Positions 17,687 to 27,870 are shown, numbered from the stretch's first letter. The stretch is DNA of 37,822 nucleotides from Deferribacterales bacterium (GCA_050251945.1 JBFWLW010000019.1:1-37822), one strand, 5' to 3'. Notes: generated by a model not told the origin, from the sequence alone. Translations and numbers: made by a program.

Positions 17687-19408
17687 ATGCTAAAAAAACT
17701 TTCCCTTTTTGCATTGCTTTCGCTTTTTTTAGTGGGCCTGTACGGATGTGGAGGGAGCAGCAGTTCCTCGGATGAGGCGTCTGAGATAACTGTTAAAACC
17801 ACAATTGAGATGGGCGGAACAAAAGCAGCGGCTAAGGATGCGGTTGATATGGTGGTGACACTCACTCTGCCGGACGGAACAGAGGTTCGTATGACCAGCA
17901 CCGGAAACGGAAACGAATATTCCTGTTCTGTAGCTTATACTGAGGGAGATCCGGTGTTTATCAAGGCGGTATACGGTGATCTGGTTCTGAAGAATTTCTT
18001 TGAGTCAATTGACACTTCCGGTGATACTGCAGACCTGGGTGCGACAACACCTGTAACAACTCTCTTTGTGGATGTTCTTGAGTCTATGGTGGAAACCATG
18101 GACAGCGGAGTTACTTCGCAGAATGTAATCACACATCTTCTTGCAGGGGTTAAAGAAGCAACTCTGGGTATTAATGTCACAACCGTTAAGGAAGAGGTTA
18201 CCGATACAGGCAACGCAGCCTATACAACCCTTCAGCAGGCTTATACAGCCGCCATCACATGGGATAACGCAGGAAATGCACAGGCGTATGATACGGCTTT
18301 GCAGCAGGTTGAGACAACAGTTGAAGTGGGAGGCATAGAGATCCCTATCACAGAGAATGAGCAGGAAACCATAGAGCAGATGGCAGCTAATCTGGTTCAA
18401 TCATACTTCGCTGGCGATGCCGCAGCTCTGGCTGCCATGATGTATTCCGACGGATTTCTGGACAACGGGTATAATTCGGAGACTTTTCTTGCGGATGTGA
18501 CTGCAGAACATGACGATATTCCTGCAGGTGTCACCGTAAGCGTGGTAAGCAATGATGCTGTCGCCGTTAAGATGACTTCATCCGATCCTGTTTTCAGTAC
18601 ACTTTCTCCGCTGGGAATTCTTATGTACAGAATATATATGAGCAACCATATTCAGGGAAAAATCAGCAACCAGGTGGTTTATGAGGAAGCCTACGATGAT
18701 CAGAAGGCTGGAGATGCCGGTATGGTTCTTCAGAAGATCAACGGAAAATGGTATCTCAGAGGAAATCAGGAGAAGGTTGAATTCTGGACGTCACTTACTA
18801 CTGACGTAAACTGGCAGTCAAGATATGTCTATGCAGAGGTTTGTCAGGGCGGAACAGATGTTTCATCGGCATCGGTGACATCAAATGCATTTACGGGTTC
18901 TGTTTCCATGACTGAAAATCCTTACGATACTGAATGTAAAAGCGTCCAGATATTTGAGAACGGACAGGTTTGGGGCTGGGATGGTTCCCAGTTTGTACAG
19001 ACAGGCACAGTGACCTTTTCGGCAGAAAATCTCTGCGGAAAAACTCTCACATACAGCATCGCTCTGGCGGACAGCACAACGGCAACAAAAACCGTCACTC
19101 TTCCCGCTTGTGTCGAAAAAACCGTATCCGTTTCGGCAGTTAAAAACAATGACGGCAGTGTAACAGTTTCCTACACCCTTCCTGTAGATGAGGATGTAAG
19201 TAGCGTAAGCATCCATGTGACAAAAAGGCAGTCCGGCGACTTAAATAGTCAGGATGTTCTGGATAAAGAAAATCTGCCTTTTGCTTCTACTGCTTATACG
19301 TTTGATTCCGGATTGTTTGAAACAGGTTACATCTATGAGTTCAGGCTCCGGTACGAAGATAAGTATGCAAGGCAGTATATACCGGTGGTGGCGGAAGTTA
19401 CATACTAA
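17687..19408 (+). CDS. Large acidic lipoprotein of unknown function
   Basis: Lipobox LYG-C followed by a GGSSSSS linker. T/S/D/E/V-rich, with an AAGGAGG RBS and its own terminator. Confidence 0.85.
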   Translation: MLKKLSLFALLSLFLVGLYGCGGSSSSSDEASEITVKTTIEMGGTKAAAKDAVDMVVTLTLPDGTEVRMTSTGNGNEYSCSVAYTEGDPVFIKAVYGDLVLKNFFESIDTSGDTADLGATTPVTTLFVDVLESMVETMDSGVTSQNVITHLLAGVKEATLGINVTTVKEEVTDTGNAAYTTLQQAYTAAITWDNAGNAQAYDTALQQVETTVEVGGIEIPITENEQETIEQMAANLVQSYFAGDAAALAAMMYSDGFLDNGYNSETFLADVTAEHDDIPAGVTVSVVSNDAVAVKMTSSDPVFSTLSPLGILMYRIYMSNHIQGKISNQVVYEEAYDDQKAGDAGMVLQKINGKWYLRGNQEKVEFWTSLTTDVNWQSRYVYAEVCQGGTDVSSASVTSNAFTGSVSMTENPYDTECKSVQIFENGQVWGWDGSQFVQTGTVTFSAENLCGKTLTYSIALADSTTATKTVTLPACVEKTVSVSAVKNNDGSVTVSYTLPVDEDVSSVSIHVTKRQSGDLNSQDVLDKENLPFASTAYTFDSGLFETGYIYEFRLRYEDKYARQYIPVVAEVTY

Positions 19409-19417
19409 GTTAAATTC

Positions 19418-19445
19418 AAAAGGGCGGTTCATCCGCCCTTTTTTT
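19418..19445 (+). terminator. Intrinsic terminator
   Basis: AAAAGGGCGG-ttcat-CCGCCCTTTTTTT. Confidence 0.88.
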
Positions 19446-19480
19446 GTTCAACTGCACAATTTTTATGCAGTAAATATGTG

Positions 19481-19509
19481 TTGATATTCATGATTTTTTT
19501 TAATACAAT
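19481..19509 (+). promoter_or_regulatory. Putative sigma70 promoter
   Basis: TTGATA-17 bp-TACAAT, with an upstream ACTGCA-N9-TGCAGT inverted repeat at 19451-19471. Confidence 0.55.
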
Positions 19510-19540
19510 TGTTTTAACCAAATGATTAACGAGGCTGCTC

Positions 19541-20830
19541 GTGCAGACTATCTCCCACGCCAATGTTTTTGAAATGCTTGCTGCCGACCTTGACATGTCT
19601 GAAGGCACACTGCGTGACCGACTGATGGTTCAGGGTGCGTCTGAATTTGTCAAATATCTGAAATACCACAATATAAGTATATTTAACCACAATGTCCCCA
19701 TGGCGCACGAACTTCGTGATATTGGGGGGAACATACTGATAAACAAAGATGTTCCTGTGGAGAGATATATTGAATCTCTCCTTGACAGATACGTTTCAAA
19801 TCCGTCATTCATAACGTCTTCTTTCTCCGTTCAGGTGTCTGACGAGGTGCTTGAGCTTTACAGACTGCGTGTTGAAGGGCGCATTGAAAAGGCTCTGGAC
19901 AAGGTTAAAAACTCCGACAGCAAATTCAAGGCGTTCCATGAATACGTCGACCACAAGACTAAGATAGGCAAGAGCCTTGAAAGCTTTCTGGCGAAAGTGA
20001 TGGACAATGCGAAGGGCATCGCCGTTCTGCTTAAGATGGCGCGGAACATTGACGGACACATGAACATGTTCTCAAACTCCGTGTATACAACCTTTCTCGG
20101 GCTTATCATATCTTCGATGTATCTGAACAGGCTCTCTTCCGTTACCGATAAAGAATATTTCATGCATAACATGACGTTCACCACCTTCATGCAGTATTCG
20201 GGGATTTTCACCGGATATGCGATGGAGGATTCCGACGCGGCGCTGAAAAGTCACCAGTCGGCTCAGATAGCTTCGGAACTTTGCCGCGACCCGCAGGTTT
20301 ACAGGGCTATACTAAACAGATACAACTATCGTGATGATAACGGGATACCTGCTTTCAATATTCAGGAAAATGCGGAAAACCCTTTCATGCGCATCCTTAT
20401 GACGGTCAACCTGTTTGTGGATATAGTTAAAAAGAACAAATACACCAGCGGAAGCATTGAGGTGCATAAGGTGATGTATGAACTTGCCTATGCAGGGTAT
20501 GCCGATATAGATTCGGTTAAACTGCTGGGCAGACTGTTTCTGCCGATGAAAAAACAGCAGCTTCTTGAATACGCTTTCAAACTCAGGCAGGCGTGTCCTC
20601 AAAAGCCTCTTGTCTGGGGTATCACGGGCGACATGATGCCCGTGAGGCTGATATGCGACAAAGAGTGCGCCTATTCAGGTCTGCACAAAACCTTCATACC
20701 CGAAAAACAGTGCATAGTCACCGACGAGGGCGACTTCGGCGTTGGAAACGCAGCGGGGATATATTACCCTTGCGAATTTCTCACCGACAAGATGCGTGCC
20801 TATTACAACAATCTTCAAAAAAGGGACTGA
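19541..20830 (+). CDS. Hypothetical protein, degenerate HD-GYP-like fold with Cys-containing C-terminus
   Basis: 429-aa ORF with a GAGG RBS and GTG start. Motif spacing parallels HD-GYP but the metal ligands are absent. The CDS is well supported; the fold call is inference. Confidence 0.7.
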   Translation: MQTISHANVFEMLAADLDMSEGTLRDRLMVQGASEFVKYLKYHNISIFNHNVPMAHELRDIGGNILINKDVPVERYIESLLDRYVSNPSFITSSFSVQVSDEVLELYRLRVEGRIEKALDKVKNSDSKFKAFHEYVDHKTKIGKSLESFLAKVMDNAKGIAVLLKMARNIDGHMNMFSNSVYTTFLGLIISSMYLNRLSSVTDKEYFMHNMTFTTFMQYSGIFTGYAMEDSDAALKSHQSAQIASELCRDPQVYRAILNRYNYRDDNGIPAFNIQENAENPFMRILMTVNLFVDIVKKNKYTSGSIEVHKVMYELAYAGYADIDSVKLLGRLFLPMKKQQLLEYAFKLRQACPQKPLVWGITGDMMPVRLICDKECAYSGLHKTFIPEKQCIVTDEGDFGVGNAAGIYYPCEFLTDKMRAYYNNLQKRD

Positions 20831-20832
20831 CG

Positions 20833-22200
20833 TCACTTTTTCTTTAATTTTTTCGGTTCTTCTTTTTTCACAGGTTCTTTTTCTGTTTCCGGCTGCTGCT
20901 CAGGCGTTTCTCCCTCAATTATCGGAATGGTGGTTTCGGCTTCCACTGTCATGTTATATTTAAAATTGGTTGAGACGAATTTTGACAGCATGGCAAGCTC
21001 TTCCGGTGAAACGGGTGTTTCTCTTATAACTTTAAGCTGCATCACGGATGTGCCGTCAGATTTGAGAACCACGTCGTAATCTGTCACCTCTGCCGGAGCC
21101 AGAAGTTTTTCTATGCCGCTTTTTATTCCGACCGTCTTTTTGCGGAAATTATCGGATGCGGTTTTTACGGTTTCTGCGGGTGTTAACTGTTTTTCAGCCT
21201 TAACCACGGTTCTGGTGTTGCTGACAATGTCCTCTTTCAGCGCAACCTGCGTGATGTTTATGTTGCTCTTTTTGCCAAGTCTGTTTTCAATTTCAGATTT
21301 GAGCAGAATGGTTTCGTCGTGTGTGAGCGGCTTGCTGGATGCGAGGGCGAGGTTAAGCGTGAGCTTGTCCTTGTCCATGTTGTAGCTGACGTTGAACACC
21401 GTGGCGTTCTTTATGCTTCCTACTGCGCTGTTCACTATCCTGCGTATTTTAAGGTTTTCCACCGACTGCTTAAGAGTGAAGGAGAGGGGCAGACAGATTA
21501 CGAGTATCAGAAGAATTATCATGATAAGGCGTTTTTTAACGTAATTGAAGTCCTTCAGATGCTGGAAATACTGGTTTCCGAACAGAATACCGCTGAGTGC
21601 CGTTGTGGATGTTATAGCTGCGAAGTTGGTGAAAAACAGCAGGAACGAACCCACCGATACCGACCAGTTGCCCGTGCCTATGCCGAATCCCACTACGCTT
21701 AAGGGGGGAATGATCGAGGTTGCTATGGCAACGCCGGTGATGATGGAGAAAGAGCTTGCCCGCTTTGAAAGGTAGCTGACGGCAACCGCAAGACCGGAGA
21801 AAACGGCGATGAAAAGGTCATAAAGGTTGGGCTTTGTCCTCGCCAGAATCTGCTCGTTCATTTCGTTGAGAGGCGAGATGAACGAGAGGACAGCGGCGGA
21901 CAGTATAACGTATACGAGGCTTTTGCCTATGGTTGTGAGCGACTGCCTCATGAGTATTTTTTCTGATGTGATGTATGCGAAACCGAAACTGATGATGGGA
22001 CCCATCAAAGGAGATATAAGCATCGCACCAATTATGACAGCCACGCTGTTTGTTATAAGCCCGAAAAGGGCTATGAAATTTGCCAGCAGAAGAAGAACCG
22101 TATATGTCTTAGTCATTTCCGATTGATGATACAGATCTTCAAAGAACTGCGGTTCAGTTTCTATATTGAAAAACTGGAGAAATTTCTCAAATTTTGTCAT
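20833..22200 (-). CDS. DUF389 / TIGR00341-type membrane protein
   Basis: GLITNSVAVIIGAMLISPLMGPI, ARTKPNLYDL, GVAIATSIIPPLSVVG, LLFFTN. Confidence 0.92.
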   Translation of the reverse strand: MTKFEKFLQFFNIETEPQFFEDLYHQSEMTKTYTVLLLLANFIALFGLITNSVAVIIGAMLISPLMGPIISFGFAYITSEKILMRQSLTTIGKSLVYVILSAAVLSFISPLNEMNEQILARTKPNLYDLFIAVFSGLAVAVSYLSKRASSFSIITGVAIATSIIPPLSVVGFGIGTGNWSVSVGSFLLFFTNFAAITSTTALSGILFGNQYFQHLKDFNYVKKRLIMIILLILVICLPLSFTLKQSVENLKIRRIVNSAVGSIKNATVFNVSYNMDKDKLTLNLALASSKPLTHDETILLKSEIENRLGKKSNINITQVALKEDIVSNTRTVVKAEKQLTPAETVKTASDNFRKKTVGIKSGIEKLLAPAEVTDYDVVLKSDGTSVMQLKVIRETPVSPEELAMLSKFVSTNFKYNMTVEAETTIPIIEGETPEQQPETEKEPVKKEEPKKLKKK

Positions 22201-22268
22201 ATGATGCTCCTGTATCGCAAATTTTATCAGATAAGTATCAAAACTGACAATAAATATAAAGAGTTGCC

Positions 22269-23279
22269 ATGAAATTTAAAATAATATCTTTAATCATTTT
22301 TCTTCTTATGATGTACGTTGCATTTTTTCCCGACCATTATGTTGCGTTTCTGAACAGCTCTTCTGCGCTGAAAAAGGTCATTAAAGAGGAACACTCGCCT
22401 GTGCTGACCGTCACGGAAACAACGGTACAGCCGGAAGCGGAGGAAGCGCCGCTCAAATCTTTTTTACAGGCACCCGACCGCAGGTCTCCGTTTTATGAAT
22501 ACAGCTCAAAGGTTTATAAGGATGATCCGGCTCTGGATGCACTGGTTGCAAACGTTACGGCTTCCTGCGAAGGGGACGCATACTGCAAGGTACAGAAGAT
22601 ATTCGAGTATATCAGAAACAACGTTCCGTACGTGGGCGAACCCAACGGGGTTAACAATATACTTCCGCCGTATGAAACGCTGGGCAAGGGCGGCGACTGT
22701 GAAGATTTGTCGATTCTCCTCGCTTCCATGCTGAGCAGTGTGAACGGAGTGAAACCATATCTGATAGCGGTTCCGAAGCATATGTATGTGATGGCATGCG
22801 GACTTAACGGCGGACAGGTGTTCAAGCCGGTCTATAACGTCATATATGACAAGGCAACTTTGGTCAGCGATAAAAAGTATATGCTGATGGAGCTTGGAAA
22901 GAACAGCCATGTACGCATCATAGCTCAGTCAAACGAGCGGTTCGGGATCACGGTGTTTCCTTCAAAATCCGATCAGAAAAAGCATATGGAACGCAAACCG
23001 TCAACCTATTATCCCGACTGTTCCGCGGATGATGTGACGGTTTTCAGCAAAGAGTGTGTGTTCACTTCAAACGGCGCCGTACTGATGTTTTCGGGAAAGG
23101 CGGATGCCAGTGTGAATGTTCAGGTGGAATCTGTTCATGCTCCGAGCGTCCGTCAGTATGAGTTTGACAGGATGCCTTGTGTGATGCTCGACCCTTCATA
23201 CAGGGGTTCGGGTGCGGATATAGGGGAAGAGATGCCGAAATTTGTCCATGCCAAAAAAGATGTGGTCAGGGCGTGGTAA
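22269..23279 (+). CDS. Membrane-anchored transglutaminase-like cysteine protease domain protein
   Basis: N-terminal TM, IFEYIRNNVPY, P.ETL..GGDCEDLSILLASML (Cys), PKHMYV (His), MLDPS (Asp). Confidence 0.82.
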   Translation: MKFKIISLIIFLLMMYVAFFPDHYVAFLNSSSALKKVIKEEHSPVLTVTETTVQPEAEEAPLKSFLQAPDRRSPFYEYSSKVYKDDPALDALVANVTASCEGDAYCKVQKIFEYIRNNVPYVGEPNGVNNILPPYETLGKGGDCEDLSILLASMLSSVNGVKPYLIAVPKHMYVMACGLNGGQVFKPVYNVIYDKATLVSDKKYMLMELGKNSHVRIIAQSNERFGITVFPSKSDQKKHMERKPSTYYPDCSADDVTVFSKECVFTSNGAVLMFSGKADASVNVQVESVHAPSVRQYEFDRMPCVMLDPSYRGSGADIGEEMPKFVHAKKDVVRAW

Positions 23280-23679
23280 TTTTTCGGTAGGTTTGTCCGA
23301 CCTTTCCGCGCCGGAATATTTTCAGCATAGGGAAGTATGAGGCGGGTGCCGCAAGTGCGGCGGCGGCGGTTACGAGCTGATTTTTCTGGACGGAATCCGC
23401 AACAGCGGCAAAAACGAGCATAAGAATCAGCGGAACGGCGTACACTGTGAGAAGCGAGCGGAAAAAGCGCCTGCTGTCGATGGATATCTCAACATGATCG
23501 CCTTTTGAAAGGTCGTTTGCGTTCTTAAAAGTTATGCGTACGTTGTTTCCGTCGGACATCGTGCATGCTGATTTTTCACCGCATCCGGTGCAAGCGTGTT
23601 CGCGCACCACCTCAACGGTTGCCGTACGGTTGGAATCAACGCTGATAACCACGCCTGTATGTTTAAGAAGTTCCGCCAT
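23266..23679 (-). CDS. rseC: RseC/MucC family protein
   Basis: HTGVV...ATVEVVREHACTGC....C, GDHVEISI, YAVPL and two TM helices. Start placed at MAELLK (23679); the upstream part of the 231-aa ORF overlaps the flippase. Confidence 0.85.
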   Translation of the reverse strand: MAELLKHTGVVISVDSNRTATVEVVREHACTGCGEKSACTMSDGNNVRITFKNANDLSKGDHVEISIDSRRFFRSLLTVYAVPLILMLVFAAVADSVQKNQLVTAAAALAAPASYFPMLKIFRRGKVGQTYRKITTP

Positions 23680-23681
23680 TT

Positions 23682-24980
23682 TTAAAATCTGCTCCGTATC
23701 ACTCTGAAGATCACAAACGCCATCAGCGCATAGTTTAATGCCAGTACGAAGCTGTATATCAGTATAACAGTGTCCGCCTGCATGCTGAACCAGCCGCACA
23801 CGGAGAACAGAACCACAATGCTGATGGTGCGCATGATGTTGAACATCAGGAACATGCCCTGTTTGCCAAGTACGCTTAGGACATTTACGATAGGCACAAC
23901 TACAAATTGTGCAAGGAGCGATACGGACAGCATGGAGGCGAATGAACCGGACTGGTGCCATGCCTTGCCGAAGACAAGCACGAAAAGAGGTTCGCCTGCA
24001 AGTTGCAGGACTGCGAACGGCAGAAGGCTGACAATAAACAGTTTTTTGGCGACCTTCTTTGAAAGATCGTATATCTCTCTCGGGTTGTTGGCGCCTATTC
24101 GCGCCGTCTCTGCATAATATGCCTGTCCGGCGGAAACGCCGAAAAGTATGACAGGCAGTGAAAGAACAGATGTAGCAAGTCCCAGCTGCCCCACAGCCGC
24201 CATACCGAAAAGTTTTCCTGTCATGAGCAGCGGAGCCTGAATGGAGAATGTCAGCAGAAACTGCGAAGGCAGTCTGTACATTGGGAAATCTCTGTATATC
24301 TTTGCGGTTCTTATTACTCTTTTTATGCTTACTCTGTGCAAGGATGAGCGGAGTGTTTCTTTAAATGCTTTGTAATACACAAAACTGCCGCCCGCCTGAG
24401 AATATGCCTGACCTATTAAAAGCCCCGGAACGCCGAAGTGGGCAAAACCTGAAACCACCTTTACCAGCGCGCCGAAAAACGCCTGAATCATTTTAGTTCT
24501 GGCAATCGGTTTGAAAGCGCGTTCGCGTGTGGCGAAACTGCTGAGCGTTTCATATATTCCCGCGAAAAACTGAGTCAGAATTATAAGCCAGACATATGGT
24601 TGAAGACCGTCGGCGTTTGCCGCGCGGAATATGTAATTTCCTGCGAAGATGAATGCCAGAGCCGTGAGCATTGTCATTACGGCTGTTATGCCGAAGTTCA
24701 TAAGTATGATGTTCACCGCGAGGTGTCTGTTTTTAGGAAGCGGAATTGCATATGAATAGCAAAGAGTTGAAAGGGGTGCTATCAGCGATGTGAAGGCTAT
24801 GAAAAGGGACATTACGCCGAAGTCCTCCGGCGTGAAAAGCCTTGTGACCACAAGCGATGCCAGAAAGCCTATTGCCTTCGCGGCGCCTGTTCCGGTTGCA
24901 AGGATTAGCATATTGCGGAATACTCCCGCCGCTCCGTCGCCCTGCAGTCTTTGTTTCAATTTATCTATGTATCGTTTCAC
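23682..24980 (-). CDS. Wzx-type oligosaccharide flippase (MOP superfamily)
   Basis: About 12 TM helices, TRLFTPEDFG, YSYAIPLP, YRDFP, LFVLVFG.AW..SG. GTG start. Confidence 0.88.
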   Translation of the reverse strand: MKRYIDKLKQRLQGDGAAGVFRNMLILATGTGAAKAIGFLASLVVTRLFTPEDFGVMSLFIAFTSLIAPLSTLCYSYAIPLPKNRHLAVNIILMNFGITAVMTMLTALAFIFAGNYIFRAANADGLQPYVWLIILTQFFAGIYETLSSFATRERAFKPIARTKMIQAFFGALVKVVSGFAHFGVPGLLIGQAYSQAGGSFVYYKAFKETLRSSLHRVSIKRVIRTAKIYRDFPMYRLPSQFLLTFSIQAPLLMTGKLFGMAAVGQLGLATSVLSLPVILFGVSAGQAYYAETARIGANNPREIYDLSKKVAKKLFIVSLLPFAVLQLAGEPLFVLVFGKAWHQSGSFASMLSVSLLAQFVVVPIVNVLSVLGKQGMFLMFNIMRTISIVVLFSVCGWFSMQADTVILIYSFVLALNYALMAFVIFRVIRSRF

Positions 24981-26552
24981 TTAGTCCAGCTTGACTTCCG
25001 TTACCGTGTTTTCCAGAACGGCGTCCGCTTTCAGCTTTTCAATTTTACCTGCCGCTTTGTTAAAGACAAACTTTCCCGATCCTTCCGTTTCGGTGAAGTT
25101 CTTCTCTGTGCCGTAAAAAACCATGGTCACGCCATCGTGTACCGACTGGTCAATGCGGATGAAAGGCATGGGATGCATCGACGATTTTATCATCTGATCC
25201 ACGCGTTCATCCATAGTTTCGTATTTTTTCATCAAAAGGGTTCTGGACGTTATGATGGATTTCAGTTTCGGATTTTTCTTTATGTCGGGGTTTGCCTTAG
25301 CCATGGCGCGGATTTTCTCGTCGGTCTCCCGTATGATCTGTTCCAGCTTGTCCTTGTCCGCCATTGCGGCTTCAAGCTTGCTTTCCAGACTGTGCTTCAC
25401 GCCTACGAAAACCTTGAACTGCGGTCCCTGTTCAAGCCCCAGTCTGCGGACGTGTACTGACGAGAAGGCTCTTATCTCGCCGCCGCTTATGGTGCCGTCG
25501 CCTGTAATTGCGGTTATTTCGCCCTCGCACATCAGACGCGAGTTCAGACAGTAATTCTTTATTGTTATGCTTGCTGTTGCCTCAATGCCGGAATTTTCTA
25601 TGAATCCGGCAGTGATATGTCGTCCGGCTTTCAGAACACATTTGCCTGTTGATTTTACACCTGTTTTAACGGTGATGTCATCCGTTGCCGTGAGGAGTGC
25701 GTCGCGCACTATGCCCCACACGACTATGTTTTTGGCGTGTATCTCAAATCCGCTCAGAACGTCTCCTGACACGGATACGGTGCCGTCGAATTTTATGTTT
25801 CCGACAGAGTAGTCCACATCGCCGTAAACGGAATAGATGGGGTTAACGCTCAGTCTGTTGCTTTCAAAGATGACGTAGCCGCCCTCTTTTGCTGCGTATC
25901 CCTGACGTTCTTCATCGAAATATATGCCTCTGCCCTTGTGGATGACGAGTTTTTTGCCCCGTCTGGCGGATATTTTTTCCCCTGTGACTTTGGTTCCGTC
26001 CCTGCCGGAAGTTTCCGGATGGTAAGATATGAGAAGCTCATTCTCCGCCGCTGTCACAATGTGGTTTATGTCTTTGAAATCAACACTGCCGTCGTCAAGT
26101 TCCCGCGGGCGCCTGTCGTCCAGTTCAAAATGCATGGTCATCCACGCGTCCTGACCGTCTTCTACGGGAATTCCTTCAGATATCAGCACCTTTTCGACAA
26201 TATAACCCGACAGGTAATACTGAATTGAGTGTTTTATGATGTCCCAGTGGAAAAGCTCTTTGGAAAGCCGTTTCTCTTTTATGAGATAGTTTTCCACCGC
26301 GTTGTTGTCCAGCGTTTTTCCCCTGTTTATGGCGGGGAAGAGTGAGAACTCCGCTTTCATTTTGTCTTCGGAGATAACAACGGCAACGCGGGAATCTATG
26401 TCCATTTCCGTTTCTATCTCAACGGTTGCAAGCCGCTGGTCGTCGAAGGTTACGTTGATCCAGTCCTGTTCTATGCCGTAGACGTGTTCGAGCAGTTTTT
26501 TCAGCTCATGTTCGTTGTGTGGTGTGAGTGTTTTAAGAGTTGTTACAGGCAT
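24981..26552 (-). CDS. FapA / DUF342 family protein
   Basis: G.P.EDGQD, DGSVDFK, G.DG..VTG, GDVDYSVGNIKFDG.V.V.GDV.SGF.I.A, and a C-terminal coiled coil. Confidence 0.9.
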   Translation of the reverse strand: MPVTTLKTLTPHNEHELKKLLEHVYGIEQDWINVTFDDQRLATVEIETEMDIDSRVAVVISEDKMKAEFSLFPAINRGKTLDNNAVENYLIKEKRLSKELFHWDIIKHSIQYYLSGYIVEKVLISEGIPVEDGQDAWMTMHFELDDRRPRELDDGSVDFKDINHIVTAAENELLISYHPETSGRDGTKVTGEKISARRGKKLVIHKGRGIYFDEERQGYAAKEGGYVIFESNRLSVNPIYSVYGDVDYSVGNIKFDGTVSVSGDVLSGFEIHAKNIVVWGIVRDALLTATDDITVKTGVKSTGKCVLKAGRHITAGFIENSGIEATASITIKNYCLNSRLMCEGEITAITGDGTISGGEIRAFSSVHVRRLGLEQGPQFKVFVGVKHSLESKLEAAMADKDKLEQIIRETDEKIRAMAKANPDIKKNPKLKSIITSRTLLMKKYETMDERVDQMIKSSMHPMPFIRIDQSVHDGVTMVFYGTEKNFTETEGSGKFVFNKAAGKIEKLKADAVLENTVTEVKLD

Positions 26553-26562
26553 AGCGTCTGCC

Positions 26563-27831
26563 CTAGTTCAGTTTGTTGAGCGCTTCCATAAGCTTCTGCG
26601 CTCTCTGGTGTCCGGGAGACAGTCTGATGCATGTTTCCAGCTGTTTCTTTGCACTGGAAACGTATCCTGTGAGCGCCAGCGTCTCTGCCAGCACATATCT
26701 GTATTCCGCGTCTTCCGGATTTATTACCGACGCGCAGGCGAAGAGCCTTTTTGCCTCTTCAATGTGTTCGTCTTTCTGGAGCTGCAGTCCTTCTTCAAAC
26801 AGTTTCTGCGCATCTGTTTCCGGTTCGCGGTTTTTCAGTGTGGAGAATATTTCGTTATAAAGTCCAGTGTCGTTCATGGAGATGGAGAGGATGTTCACCT
26901 CGCCGAGAAGCTCTTTTCCGCGGAATATATGTGCTATGGAGTTGTCTCCGTCGGATTTTTCAAGAAGGAGCGACATCCCGCCGACGTCAACCCTGTCGTA
27001 TTCCTTTACGTTCATGCTGGTCATAGCCTTGCGCAGATAGAGCGGAACAAGCCCGACGGTTTCGTTGAAAAACCTTCGGGTAAAGTCCAGTTCATCATGA
27101 AATCCTAGTATTCTCATACGTTTGAACACGGGTGTTATTGCGGAAAAGTTGCTGAGTATTATATATCCGTAGTCCGGATTGTGGAACGTAACGGAAAGGA
27201 TCCCTGCCTCGTTCTCTATGGATGAGAGGTGAAAATTCGGAGGCACGCGCAGACCGAAGCTGAAAGGCAGCGGAGTAAGATCAACGTTATAAGGTGATTC
27301 TTCAAATGATATCCTGTTTATGGGCAGGACTGTATAGCCGTCTTTAAGACGCAGGTACGCGTATGCGACGGACATCATAACCATTACCCATATAAAAAAG
27401 ACCGTGACGCCCAGAATACTGCGTTTATATTCAAAGCGAACGCGGAACTGCTTCTGACCGAGGTATAGAAGTGCGGCGGCGAGGCATCCCGCCTCCAGAT
27501 ATATCTTCCACGGAGCAGGCTCTATGCCGAGAAGAAAAACACGGGCAAGAACAGCCGTCAGACAGGCATATAGAACTATGCTTGCGTAATATCTGCTGTA
27601 TACCATTCCGTTGTACAGCAGATAGCCTGCATGCATGAGGAGAAAGCTGAAAAATGCTGTGGAGACGAAATAGAACACCGCAAAATTGCGGCTCATCCCG
27701 TCCAGTACCATTTCCGGATTCAGTGCATAGGTAAGCCCCGTGTCCGAAGCGGTGAGCATTCCGGCAAATATAAGAGTTGGTCCCAGAAAGGTGAATCCGG
27801 GGACTTTTTTTATATAACTTCTGTACGCCAT
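26563..27831 (-). CDS. Membrane protein with C-terminal TPR
   Basis: About five N-terminal TM helices, a soluble middle region, and C-terminal TPR-like helices (INPEDAEYRYVLA, LSPGH). Confidence 0.8.
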   Translation of the reverse strand: MAYRSYIKKVPGFTFLGPTLIFAGMLTASDTGLTYALNPEMVLDGMSRNFAVFYFVSTAFFSFLLMHAGYLLYNGMVYSRYYASIVLYACLTAVLARVFLLGIEPAPWKIYLEAGCLAAALLYLGQKQFRVRFEYKRSILGVTVFFIWVMVMMSVAYAYLRLKDGYTVLPINRISFEESPYNVDLTPLPFSFGLRVPPNFHLSSIENEAGILSVTFHNPDYGYIILSNFSAITPVFKRMRILGFHDELDFTRRFFNETVGLVPLYLRKAMTSMNVKEYDRVDVGGMSLLLEKSDGDNSIAHIFRGKELLGEVNILSISMNDTGLYNEIFSTLKNREPETDAQKLFEEGLQLQKDEHIEEAKRLFACASVINPEDAEYRYVLAETLALTGYVSSAKKQLETCIRLSPGHQRAQKLMEALNKLN

Positions 27832-27870
27832 ACTTTCATTTTATCAAGAAAAGACCAATTTTAAAAGAAC

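Noticed and set aside
23680..23961. N-terminal 94 aa of the 231-aa ORF
   Set aside because: It overlaps the flippase CDS in another frame; RseC similarity begins at MAELLK.
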